Notes under the pieces: generated by a model
What the model saw: only the letters and a program-made list of their open reading frames with translations
The model's database searches: none
Told to the model about the DNA's origin: nothing
Part shown: positions 10,212-19,026 of the stretch, piece after piece
Layout of the letters: the number at the start of each line of letters is the position of its first letter
Numbering within the stretch: position 1 is the stretch's first letter
Origin: an uncultured Planctomycetota bacterium
GTDB lineage: Bacteria; Planctomycetota; Planctomycetia; Isosphaerales; Isosphaeraceae
Direction of reading: 5' to 3'
Length of the DNA: 64,000 nucleotides
Assembly (NCBI GenBank): GCA_963737655.1
Contig: CAVTTN010000002.1
Coordinates: forward strand, 4,832,001-4,896,000
Translations under genes and position numbers: made by a program

Positions 10212-10416
10212 CGAATGCCTCCCCTCAGGCTGGCGTCGGGACCGTCCGCGATGAGCGGATTCGGAGAGGACCGGAGCGAGCTTCGCCGGGCCGGAGATCG
10301 GAGCCTCCGGGCGAGCGGGCCGGGAAGGAAACCGGCACGGTCCTCGACGGGGATGGAGGTCGCCATGAGGGCAGTCTCCCTTCGCATCGATTCGAATCGG
10401 CCGCCCGGGGCGATTT

Positions 10417-10785
10417 CTACCCGATGGTGAACACGGGGACGAGTTCCGGCGGCGTGGACTCGACCAGGAGGAAGTAGCAGTAGGCCAGGTGAGCCGCCCA
10501 TCTCGCCTTGATCTCGGCCGGGAAGTCCAGGCTCCGCAGGTGCCTCTGGAGCAGGTCGATCTCCCTCCAGAGGTCCTCCATCATGTCCCAGCCGCCGAAG
10601 GTCACCGGGTCGCCCTCGCCGAGGAGGGTCAGTTGGGCGATCCCCACCTCGCGGAGCCGGGGCAGGCTCCAGAAACGCATGCTGGTTTCCTGGCAGCCGA
10701 GGAGGTCATAGGGGGACTCCACCTCGATTGGCGTGGAGATCCCGGTGGTCCTGTCCCAGTATTCGATGAGGATGCTTCGACTCAT
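10417..10785 (-). CDS. Hypothetical protein
   Basis: Globular-looking 122 aa ORF from MSRSILIEYW with coding bias. Confidence 0.65.
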   Translation of the reverse strand: MSRSILIEYWDRTTGISTPIEVESPYDLLGCQETSMRFWSLPRLREVGIAQLTLLGEGDPVTFGGWDMMEDLWREIDLLQRHLRSLDFPAEIKARWAAHLAYCYFLLVESTPPELVPVFTIG

Positions 10786-10867
10786 GGCGGGACCCGATGT
10801 GGCCTTCCATCGCCTCAGGTGCCGAGTGGATCGTTCGAAATCGTCGGGGGCCGACGCGGCCACACCC

Positions 10868-11329
10868 TCAGTCCGGGGAATGCCGCTGGTCGTAATCGAA
10901 GCTCAGGAGCTGGCCGATCGTTTCGATCCCGTGATCGGGATAGGACGATTCCGCGGCGACCTCGCGCCGGACCCTCGCCGGGAGCGGCAAGTCGCAATGG
11001 CGGAGGGAGTCGGGCAGCGGCCTCATCTCCTCGGCGAGGTGATCGGCCAGGAAGTCCAGCAAGTCGAAGGCGTGGAGGGCCTCCGCCTCGGGTCCGGAAC
11101 GAAGGCGTTCGAGGAGGAACGCGGCCTCGTCGGCGAACCGGTCGACGAAGTGACGGCCGAGGATCGTCTCGAAGGAGGGCAGATAGCGAGTGTAGCGGAT
11201 GGCCCGGGGAAAATCGTTCACCCGACCTCGCGGGGCCCAAAGGGGGAGGCACCGCGCCCACGCCTCCTCCACCGTCCCGACCAGGTAGGGCGCGCTGGTT
11301 GCCGCCTCCACTTCGTGCTCGGATTTCAC
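10868..11329 (-). CDS. Hypothetical protein
   Basis: GTG start preceded by GGAGGAG; helical globular sequence. Confidence 0.65.
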   Translation of the reverse strand: MKSEHEVEAATSAPYLVGTVEEAWARCLPLWAPRGRVNDFPRAIRYTRYLPSFETILGRHFVDRFADEAAFLLERLRSGPEAEALHAFDLLDFLADHLAEEMRPLPDSLRHCDLPLPARVRREVAAESSYPDHGIETIGQLLSFDYDQRHSPD

Positions 11330-11372
11330 CGCGCTCCTCCTCCGGCCACCCCCGGCCCCGCGTAACGGACGT

Positions 11373-13382
11373 TCAGGCTTCCGTCGCGCTCCCCAGCGGG
11401 TTGTCCAGCGACGCCACGACGCCATCTTCCTCGATCGGGACGGCCATCCCGGGCCTCTTGCCGATCATGTCCTCGATCTCCTTGACCGACAGCACCTCGC
11501 GCTCGATCAGGGCCTCGGTGAGCTTTTCGAGGGCCTCGCGGTGGTCCTGGAGGAGGTGGTATGCCCGCTCGTCGGCCTCGCGAAGAATCCGGGCCACTTC
11601 CTCGTCGATGAGCTGGGCGGTGTGGTCGGAGTGGTCGCGGGACTCGCCGATCTCCCGGCCGAGGAACGGGTGCTCCTCGTTGTCCCGGAAGAAGACCGGG
11701 CCGATCCGTTCGCTCATCCCGCACTGGGTGACCATCGCGCGGGCCAGCCGGGTGGCCCTCTTCAGGTCGTCCATCACGCCGGCCGAGAGGTCGTCGAACA
11801 CCAGGCGCTCGGCGGCGCGTCCGCCCAGGGCCACGGCGAGCATGGCGCGGATCTCGGTGGCGTAGTAGCTGACCTTGTCCTCGGGCGGGAGGTACTGGGT
11901 GACGCCCAGGGCCCGGCCCCGGGGGATGATCGTGACCTTGTGGACGGGGTCGGCCTCGGGGATCAGCCAGGCGACCAGGGCGTGGCCGACCTCGTGATAG
12001 GCCGTGGCGCGCTTCTCCTTCTCGGTGATGACCTCCTCGCGCTTCGCCCCCATCAAGATCTTGTCTCGGGCGACGTCGAAGTCGGTCATCTCGATGGCCG
12101 GCTTGTCCTCGCGGGTGGCGATCAGGGCGGCCTCGTTCACCAGGTTCGCCAGGTCGGCCCCGCTCATGCCGACCGTGCCCCGGGCGATCGAGTCCAGGTC
12201 CACGTCGGCCCCGAGCGGGGTCGTCCGCGTGTGGACCTTGAGGATCTCCAGCCGGCCCTTCTTCGTCGGGCGATCGACCGTCACGTGCCGGTCGAACCGG
12301 CCGGGCCGGAGCAGGGCCGGGTCGAGGACGTCGGGCCGATTCGTGGCGGCCAGGACGATCACGGTCTCGCTCGGGGTGAATCCGTCCATCTCGGTGAGGA
12401 TCTGGTTGAGCGTCTGCTCGCGCTCGTCGTGCCCCCCGCCGAGCCCGGCCCCTCGGATTCGCCCGACCGCGTCGATCTCGTCGATGAACAGGATGCAGGG
12501 GGAATTTTCCTTGGCCGTCTTGAACATGTCGCGGACCCGGCTGGCCCCGACGCCGACGAACATCTGGATGAATTCGCTGCCGGAGATCGAGAAGAACGGC
12601 ACGCCGGCCTCTCCGGCCACGGCGCGGGCGAGCAAGGTCTTGCCCGTCCCGGGAGGGCCGTTCAGCAGGACCCCCTTGGGGATGCGCCCGCCGAGCCTCT
12701 CGAACTTCTGGGGGTTCTTGAGGAACTCGACGATCTCCTGGAGCTCGCTCTTGGCGTTCTCCAGGCCGGCGACCTCGTCGAAGGTGGTCCTCTGCTTGGA
12801 CTTGTCGTGCCTCTTGGCCGGGCTCTTGACGAAGTTGCCGAGGATCCCGCCGTCGAACTGGTCGCGGGCCCGTCTCATGAAGAGGTAGATCATCCCCACG
12901 AACAGGAGGGTGGGCAGGAGGAAGGTCACCCAGAGCAGGCCGCTGGCGCCCTGGGGGGCCACGGCCTCGATCTTGACCGGCCTCCTCGTCGATTTCGGCA
13001 GCTTGTTGCTCTCCAGGACGTTGTTCACCTCGTCGACCTGATGATCCGAGGGGAACACGGTGGCGAAGAACTCGATCGGCTTGGACGGCGTGGCGCCGGG
13101 CCCGTTGTCCGGCGCCGCCTTGGCGCGAAGCCTCCCGCTGGCCTCGAGCCCCTGGTACTGGATGGACTCGATGTTGTCGGCGTCCACCTGATCGCGGAAC
13201 CAGCTATAGGTGACGACCGTCTCCCTCTTCGGCGAGTTCATGTAGATGATCAGCGCGACGACCGCGATCAGGAAGACCCACACGAACGGCGGGGCCGGGG
13301 CCGACCCCGTGCCGCTGGGCTTCCGGGCCGAGGGCGGGCGCGGGGGTTTCTCGGGCTGGGGCGGACGGCTCTCCATGGGCAT
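11373..13382 (-). CDS. ftsH: ATP-dependent zinc metalloprotease FtsH
   Basis: Two TMs, [17 protein letters not shown] ([13 protein letters not shown]), HEVGH. Confidence 0.97.
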   Translation of the reverse strand: MPMESRPPQPEKPPRPPSARKPSGTGSAPAPPFVWVFLIAVVALIIYMNSPKRETVVTYSWFRDQVDADNIESIQYQGLEASGRLRAKAAPDNGPGATPSKPIEFFATVFPSDHQVDEVNNVLESNKLPKSTRRPVKIEAVAPQGASGLLWVTFLLPTLLFVGMIYLFMRRARDQFDGGILGNFVKSPAKRHDKSKQRTTFDEVAGLENAKSELQEIVEFLKNPQKFERLGGRIPKGVLLNGPPGTGKTLLARAVAGEAGVPFFSISGSEFIQMFVGVGASRVRDMFKTAKENSPCILFIDEIDAVGRIRGAGLGGGHDEREQTLNQILTEMDGFTPSETVIVLAATNRPDVLDPALLRPGRFDRHVTVDRPTKKGRLEILKVHTRTTPLGADVDLDSIARGTVGMSGADLANLVNEAALIATREDKPAIEMTDFDVARDKILMGAKREEVITEKEKRATAYHEVGHALVAWLIPEADPVHKVTIIPRGRALGVTQYLPPEDKVSYYATEIRAMLAVALGGRAAERLVFDDLSAGVMDDLKRATRLARAMVTQCGMSERIGPVFFRDNEEHPFLGREIGESRDHSDHTAQLIDEEVARILREADERAYHLLQDHREALEKLTEALIEREVLSVKEIEDMIGKRPGMAVPIEEDGVVASLDNPLGSATEA

Positions 13383-13515
13383 CTCGTTCTCAGGCGGAGC
13401 GAAGCAAGACGATCGACGAGGCCCGCGACCGCTCGGGCGCGGGAGTCCTTCCCCGTATTGTATGCGAAACCGGCCGCCGGGGGGAGCACGCACCGCCCCC
13501 CCGATCGCTCCGGCC

Positions 13516-14544
13516 TCAGTGACCGACCATCTCCAGCCACTTTTCGCAGTCAATCGCCGCCGAGCAGCCCGAGCCGGCCGCCGTGATCGCCTGCCGATAG
13601 TGCGTGTCCACCACGTCCCCGCAGGCGAACACCCCCTCGATGTTCGTCGCCGTCCCGTAATTCGGCAGGTCCGAACTCTTCAACGGGCCGGACCCCGAAT
13701 CGTCCCACGCCAGCGCATTCCTCGTCAAAAGGTAGCCGCTGGGCGTCATCGCGAGCTGCCCCTCGAACACCTTCGTGTTCGGGACGTGGCCGATCGCCAG
13801 GAACAGGCCGTCGATCGGCAAGTCGCGGGTCGAGCCGTCCACGGTGGACTTCAGCGTCAGCCCCTTGACGACCTTGTGAGGCTCCAGGTCGCCGTGGACC
13901 GCGTCCACCACCGAATTCCAGGCGAATTCCAGCTTGGGGTTCTTCATCGCCCGTTCCTGCATGATCTTCGAGGCGCGGAGCGAGTCTCGGCGATGGATCA
14001 ACGTCACCTTGCTGGCATAGCGGGTGAGGAACGTGGCCTCCTCGACGGCCGAATCCCCCCCGCCGACCACCGCGATCGGCCGGTTCTTGTAGAAGGCCCC
14101 GTCGCAGGTGGCGCAGGTGCTCACCCCTTCGCCCCGGAACGGCCGCTCCGAGGGCACGTCGTCCAGCCACCGGGCCGAGGCGCCGGTGGCCACGATCACG
14201 GCGTCGGCCGTGTACTCGGCATGCTCGCCCGAGGGGTCGCCGGAGGGGTCGGTCGTGGTCGTCAGGCGGAACGGCCTCTTCGACAGGTCGGCGGCGATCA
14301 CGGTCTCGAACCGGGCGTCGGCCCCGAACCGGACGGCCTGCTTCTCCATCCGCTCCATGAGCTCGGGGCCGATGATCCCCTCGGGGAACCCGGGGAAGTT
14401 ATCGACCTCGGTCGTCCAGGTCAGTTGCCCGCCCGGCTCCCGGCCCTTGAAGACCAAAGGACGCAGGTTGGCCCGGGCGGCATAAAGGGCGGCGGTGTAC
14501 CCGGCGGAACCGGACCCGATGATGATCACGGAAAAATGCGGCAT
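13516..14544 (-). CDS. trxB: Thioredoxin-disulfide reductase
   Basis: GSGSAG, CATCDG, GGGDSAVEEA, RQAITAAGSG. Confidence 0.96.
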   Translation of the reverse strand: MPHFSVIIIGSGSAGYTAALYAARANLRPLVFKGREPGGQLTWTTEVDNFPGFPEGIIGPELMERMEKQAVRFGADARFETVIAADLSKRPFRLTTTTDPSGDPSGEHAEYTADAVIVATGASARWLDDVPSERPFRGEGVSTCATCDGAFYKNRPIAVVGGGDSAVEEATFLTRYASKVTLIHRRDSLRASKIMQERAMKNPKLEFAWNSVVDAVHGDLEPHKVVKGLTLKSTVDGSTRDLPIDGLFLAIGHVPNTKVFEGQLAMTPSGYLLTRNALAWDDSGSGPLKSSDLPNYGTATNIEGVFACGDVVDTHYRQAITAAGSGCSAAIDCEKWLEMVGH

Positions 14545-15019
14545 CGTTCCCTCAAGGCCAGGGGAGGAAGGCGGACGACCCATCCCGCCGGGCGGCACCC
14601 ATTATTCTACGGCCGAGGGGAAAATACCACGAGTCGCCAACCCAAGAACCTCGCCCCGGGTCCGTACCCGGCGAGTCACCAGCGGGACGGGCCCCGGAGT
14701 TCGATCCCATCTCTCCCTCGAACCCCGGTCGCCCCGCGGACTAACATGAAAAGATCCACAATTTTGATTTCGAAGGCGGGAACGGCGGCCCAAAGGTCCA
14801 GGCCAAGGCCACTCGCATTAGTTATCGGGGCGCGACGACCATTAATCATACACGTACGCATATTGGGGTTTTTCTCTTTGAATTCCCGGGCGGAATCCGG
14901 GATCACGTCGAAGAGCAGGGACGGGGCGGCGTCTCAATCGACGAATCGAGGAGGAGCTGGATCGAAAAGCCTTGCGGAGGGTGTTTCCCGCCGGCAAAAT
15001 AAAATCCGCCAGGGATTAC

Positions 15020-15049
15020 GCGTCATTTCCGACGTCTACTCCACGTTAG
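15020..15049 (+). other. Putative attI-like integron site; GTTAGGC core interrupted by IS110
   Basis: Removing the IS restores CCACGTTAGGCGGCGGAGG...ATG; no RYYYAAC partner ~100 bp upstream, so it is not a full attC. Confidence 0.55.
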
Positions 15050-15079
15050 TCGCCATGCCGCGAGTGGCACCCTGAGACG

Positions 15080-15108
15080 ATGAAAATGGGCCGCGACCGA
15101 GGTAGACT
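15080..15108 (+). promoter_or_regulatory. Putative sigma70 promoter for the IS110 ncRNA/transposase
   Basis: ATGAAA-17 nt-TAGACT. Confidence 0.45.
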
Positions 15109-15114
15109 CGGGGT

Positions 15115-15250
15115 GCCGCACGCACGTCGGGTCCCGGCCGTCGTCGCCTGGTGCCGCGAGCCCGCGTGTTAGTCTGGCCCGGACATCGCGCCGCATCCGA
15201 GACTGTCGCCCCCGCCCGGGGAGCACGCAGAACAGAGTGTTCTTCCACGC
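15115..15250 (+). ncRNA. Putative IS110 bridge RNA (target-binding and donor-binding loops); ends approximate
   Basis: Guide-like segments TCGTCGCCT (15141-15149) and GTTAG (15168-15172) match the target; GACTGT (15201-15206) and CAGAACAG (15228-15235) match the donor junction; each pair brackets a small hairpin. Confidence 0.75.
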
Positions 15251-15287
15251 GATGTCCCCCGGCGTGCGTCGGCGGGGGGGGTTCGCC

Positions 15288-16526
15288 ATGCAGGTGCTCC
15301 ATCGCTGTTGCGCGGGGTTGGACATCCACAAGGATACCGTCGTCGCCTGCGTCCGCCGCGTCGATGACACGGGCAAGGCCCGCTCGCAAGTACGGACCTT
15401 CGGGACCATGACCGGGGCCTTGATCGAGCTGGCTGATCGGCTGGCCGAGCAGGGCGTCGTCCACGTCGCGATGGAGTCGACCGGCGTGTACTGGAAGCCG
15501 GTCTGGCACCTGCTGGAGGGGCGGTTCGAGCCGATGCTGGTCAACGCCCAGCACATCAAGCAGGTGCCGGGCCGCAAGACCGACGTCAAGGATTGCCAGT
15601 GGATCGCCGAGTTGCTCCAGCACGGCCTGCTCAAGGCCAGCTTCGTGCCGCCGGAGCCGATCCGCGAGCTGCGCGACCTGACGAGGCAGCGGGCGCAGAT
15701 CGTCGCCGAGCGGGGCTCGGTCGCCAACCGCATCCAGGGGGTGCTGGAGGACGCCAACATCAAGCTCGGCTCGGTGGCCACCGACGTGCTGGGCGACTCG
15801 GGTCGCGCCATGTTGCGGGCGTTGATCGAGGGCCAGGACGACCCGGAGGCCCCGGCGGAATTGGCCAAGGGGCGGCTGCGGGCCAAGATCCCGGCGCTGC
15901 GGCTGGCGCTTCGCGGGAAGGTGACGGAGCACCACCGCTTCCTGCTGCGGCTCCTGCTGGACCACTACGAGGCGCCGGAGGCCCTGATCGGCCGACTGGG
16001 GGAGCGGATCGACCGGGTGCTGGCGCCGTACGCCGAGGCGGTGGAGCGGCTGGAGACGATCCCCGGGGTCGGCCGCCGGGTCGCCGAGATCGTCGTCGCG
16101 GAGCTGGGCGTGGAGATGGGGCAGTTCCCGACGGCTCGCCACCTGGCGAGCTGGGCCGGGATGTGCCCCGGGAACAACGAGAGCGCCGGCAAGCGCCGCA
16201 GCGGCAAGACGACCAAGGGGAGCCGCTGGCTACGGACGGCCCTGATCCAGGCGGCGCACGCGGCGGGCCGGAGCAAGGCGACGTATCTGGGGTCGCAGTA
16301 CCGTCGGCTGGCATCGCGGCGCGGGGCGAAGCGAGCGGCGGTGGCGGTGGGCCATACGCTGCCGGGGATCATCTACGAAGTCCTGGGCCGGGGGACGACC
16401 TACGAGGATCTAGGCCCCTGCTACCTGGAGCGGTTGGAGCCCGAGCGATTGACCCGGCAACCGGTCAGGCGCTTGGAACGGCTCGGCCACAAGGTTACAT
16501 TGGAACCCAACGAGGCGGCCGCGTAG
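15288..16526 (+). CDS. IS110 family transposase / bridge recombinase (DEDD RuvC-like plus Tnp20 domain)
   Basis: GLDIHK, MESTGVYW, KTDVKD, TIPGVG, ASWAGMCPGNNESAGK. Confidence 0.96.
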   Translation: MQVLHRCCAGLDIHKDTVVACVRRVDDTGKARSQVRTFGTMTGALIELADRLAEQGVVHVAMESTGVYWKPVWHLLEGRFEPMLVNAQHIKQVPGRKTDVKDCQWIAELLQHGLLKASFVPPEPIRELRDLTRQRAQIVAERGSVANRIQGVLEDANIKLGSVATDVLGDSGRAMLRALIEGQDDPEAPAELAKGRLRAKIPALRLALRGKVTEHHRFLLRLLLDHYEAPEALIGRLGERIDRVLAPYAEAVERLETIPGVGRRVAEIVVAELGVEMGQFPTARHLASWAGMCPGNNESAGKRRSGKTTKGSRWLRTALIQAAHAAGRSKATYLGSQYRRLASRRGAKRAAVAVGHTLPGIIYEVLGRGTTYEDLGPCYLERLEPERLTRQPVRRLERLGHKVTLEPNEAAA

Positions 16527-16562
16527 GGCGCATTTTCAGAACAGGCGGCGGAGGCGATCTCG

Positions 16563-17111
16563 ATGAAGTTATCCTTCGTCCTTGAATCTATTGCCGTCGT
16601 CTCCGTCGGCCTCGGCCTGGCGCGATGGCACATCCAAGATCCGGTTTACGCCGAAGGCTACGCGGATTCCGGGGGGGCCGAGTGGCTCAGGCAGGTAGGC
16701 GACGGTTTCTTCGCGGGGGTCGCCGTCGCCGGGTTCCTCGGGCTAATGGTCGAGGTCGCTGCACGGCGGTCTCCCCGACCCTGGGGCCTGGGCCGATGGG
16801 CCTGGTCGGTTGTCGGCCTCTTCGTCGTCTCGCGGCATGCCTTGGGCGTGGTATTCGACGCGATCGTGCATTGGTACATGGGGATGATGAAGGAGTTCGC
16901 CGCAGATCTCCTCCCGCGTCTTCGCGCCAATCTGTGCCATTGGCTGCTCGCTATCGCACCTTATCTCATCATTGCGGTTTGGACGACGCGTTGGGTGTCG
17001 GGACCGAAGGCCGGCCGCGCCGATGGACGGGAGTGGGCCGGCCGGATCTTTGGGATCCTCATCATCGTGACGATGGTTGTCATTGATTGCCTCGCTACAG
17101 CCGGGTTTTGA
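16563..17111 (+). CDS. Integron cassette 1: multi-TM membrane protein
   Basis: GGAGG RBS; about 5 hydrophobic helices; lower GC3; followed by attC. Confidence 0.8.
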   Translation: MKLSFVLESIAVVSVGLGLARWHIQDPVYAEGYADSGGAEWLRQVGDGFFAGVAVAGFLGLMVEVAARRSPRPWGLGRWAWSVVGLFVVSRHALGVVFDAIVHWYMGMMKEFAADLLPRLRANLCHWLLAIAPYLIIAVWTTRWVSGPKAGRADGREWAGRIFGILIIVTMVVIDCLATAGF

Positions 17112-17122
17112 TCATATGTGCC

Positions 17123-17222
17123 GCCTAACCTTGCGCTGCAGCGGACCCCGCACCGCCACGGTATCTTTGGTATCATCAACATCAACTCGGCGGTGCGTGT
17201 CCGCTGAGCTTGGTTGTTAGGC
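17123..17222 (+). other. Integron attC site 1 (100 bp)
   Basis: GCCTAAC...CTGCAGCGGAC...GTCCGCTGAG...GTTAGGC; imperfect palindrome with extrahelical bases. Confidence 0.9.
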
Positions 17223-17233
17223 CGAGGGGAAGC

Positions 17234-17746
17234 ATGCCCGAGCCAACCCGACCGAACGCCGTTTGCCGACTACTGGAAGCCGCTTACGGGCTGACCATCG
17301 AGCGGGTGTCGGCGCTGCCGGACGGGGACGCGGAGCGGATCGCCGCCTGGCGAGTCGCGGAGCGGGAGTTCGAGAACGCGGCCAAGGACTTCATTACGAT
17401 CGCGGCGACCACGGATTTGATCCCGGCCGGAGAGGAGCGCCTCCGAGTGGCGCTCATCGCCGCCGTCCAGACCCTGTGGGCGCGGCAGTGGACGACCGCC
17501 GCGACTGGAACGGACGCCGAGTTCGAGACGCTCCGCCGGGGGCAGAAACCCTGGGTGTTTCAACTGCTGGCCCTGCTCAGCGCGACGCGCCGAGCCGAGT
17601 CTGAGACGGACGTCGGGAGGTGGTTCATGCTGCACGGAGTCTCATACCCCAACCGCTACCGCGAGCCGCGTCACCAGGAATTGTTCGAGGTCCTCGTGCG
17701 GCTGGCGCGGGAGGAGCTATCAGCGGCGGCCGAGATCCGGGCCTAA
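17234..17746 (+). CDS. Integron cassette 2: hypothetical protein
   Basis: Starts 11 nt after attC1; its TAA stop lies inside the GCCTAAC of attC2, a classic cassette layout. Confidence 0.8.
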   Translation: MPEPTRPNAVCRLLEAAYGLTIERVSALPDGDAERIAAWRVAEREFENAAKDFITIAATTDLIPAGEERLRVALIAAVQTLWARQWTTAATGTDAEFETLRRGQKPWVFQLLALLSATRRAESETDVGRWFMLHGVSYPNRYREPRHQELFEVLVRLAREELSAAAEIRA

Positions 17747-17840
17747 CCTCGCGCTGCAGCGGACCCGGCCCGCCGCGACGCTTTCTGGTAACACGGATGC
17801 CACTCTCGGCGGGCCGGGCCGCTGAGCTTCGGCGTTAGGC
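17741..17840 (+). other. Integron attC site 2 (100 bp)
   Basis: GCCTAACCTCGCGCTGCAGCGGACCCGGCCCGCCG...CGGCGGGCCGGGCCGCTGAGCTTCGGCGTTAGGC. Confidence 0.9.
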
Positions 17841-17908
17841 GGCGATAGCGGGGGTTGGCCTTGCCGCGGGTTTCCGTTCTGGATGCAGCGAAAACGTGGA
17901 GAAGATCG

Positions 17909-18289
17909 ATGCCAATTCCAGAAAGCATAGGTGCCTTTGCCATCGTTCCTAGCAACGATCTGCCGGCCGCGATTCCGTTCTGGGAGCGTTTGGGTTTCGC
18001 TCGGACGGGTGGTGACAACGCGTACATAATCATGACCGGCTGGGGGTGCGAAGTGCATCTCACCCAAGCCGGCCCGGACGCCTGGCGGGTTCCGGAAGCA
18101 CACAATCCGTTCGGCGTATTCATCCGCACCCCGGACGTTGACGCCATTGCGGCACGCGTCGATGACCTGATCATCCGACCTGGCGGAGTCCTTCGTCACC
18201 GAGAGTGGGGACTTTATGAGGTCGGAATCTGTGGGCCGGACGGCATGCTCGTGCGTATCGGCTGGCCATCTAAACTGATAAAAGCGTAG
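17909..18289 (+). CDS. Integron cassette 3: VOC / glyoxalase-bleomycin resistance family protein
   Basis: AIPFWERLGF, TPDVDA, REWGLYEVGICGPDGMLVRIG. Confidence 0.85.
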   Translation: MPIPESIGAFAIVPSNDLPAAIPFWERLGFARTGGDNAYIIMTGWGCEVHLTQAGPDAWRVPEAHNPFGVFIRTPDVDAIAARVDDLIIRPGGVLRHREWGLYEVGICGPDGMLVRIGWPSKLIKA

Positions 18290-18691
18290 ACGCCATCGTC
18301 CTATCTCAGCCGCCTCTTCGTGAACTCTTCTCCATAGAACGGCCGTCGATGCGCAACATTCCCCCGACCCCTGGCCTTGTGGCCGGGCAGCGACGAGGTC
18401 CGGGTGGCAATCCGACGGATTCGGGATCGGCGATCGAGGCGCGGGCCAAGAGGGGAATCGGTTACGTTTGCAGTCTCTTCGACGGGGACATCCCCGCGAG
18501 TCGCCGCGCGGGGCGTCGCCGATGACCGGATCACGACCTCTCGGGCCAGGCTAACCTACGGGCATGGAGCACCGAGGTGGATACGGCCACCGACCCGCGC
18601 CACGAACCGGGCTACGCCGCGCCGGGTCGGTGGGCAAGTCGGCCCCGGCCCCCGTTCACGCCCCCTCGGGAGCGGACGAAGGCCGCAGGAT

Positions 18692-18791
18692 GGTTAACCT
18701 CGCGCTGCAGAGGACCCCGCACCGCCGCGGCGCCCACCGTGCTATTATCGCCGTCTCGGCGGTGCGAGTCCGCCGAGCTTGGTCGTTCGAG
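18692..18791 (+). other. Integron attC site 3 (100 bp, degenerate ends)
   Basis: GGTTAACCTCGCGCTGCAGAGGACCCCGCACCGCCG...CGGCGGTGCGAGTCCGCCGAGCTTGGTCGTTCGAG; homologous to attC1. Confidence 0.8.
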
Positions 18792-19026
18792 GATTTTTGC
18801 CGTCGGGCGATCCTACCGAATTGAGCCCCGGGGGCGTCGGGGGTACGATGGCCGTCGAGCGACGGGTTTTCCGAGGCGGACGGACCGCGAGGGGTCCGGG
18901 GCTTCGGTGCGACGCCGGGGGACGATCGCCGGGCGGCCCGATCGCCCCGGCCCCCGGCCCGGCGAGGCCCGTCCCGCCTTCGGCCCGCGCCTCTCGCCTC
19001 GACGTTCGACCTGGGGACCGGGTTTC

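Larger units (their letters stand above)
15048..16544 (+). mobile_element. IS110-family insertion sequence, bounded by a duplicated AG core
   Basis: Junctions CGTT|AG|TCGCCATG and CAGAAC|AG|GCGGCG; subterminal inverted repeat TGAAAATG (15081-15088)/CATTTTCA (16531-16538). Confidence 0.85.

Noticed and set aside
14739..15051. GACTAAC...GTTAGTC as a giant attC
   Set aside because: 313 bp apart with no internal palindrome, and GTTAGTC is a target/IS junction chimera.
15055..15075. IS left end at CTGAGAC (15072) interrupting an ATG-15055 gene
   Set aside because: The AG/AG boundary at 15048 and 16543 restores a perfect GTTAGGC and fits both guide pairs; cassette 1 has its own RBS and ATG at 16563.
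17123..18791. CRISPR array interpretation of the repeats
   Set aside because: Repeats are 100-bp imperfect palindromes separated by whole genes; no cas genes.
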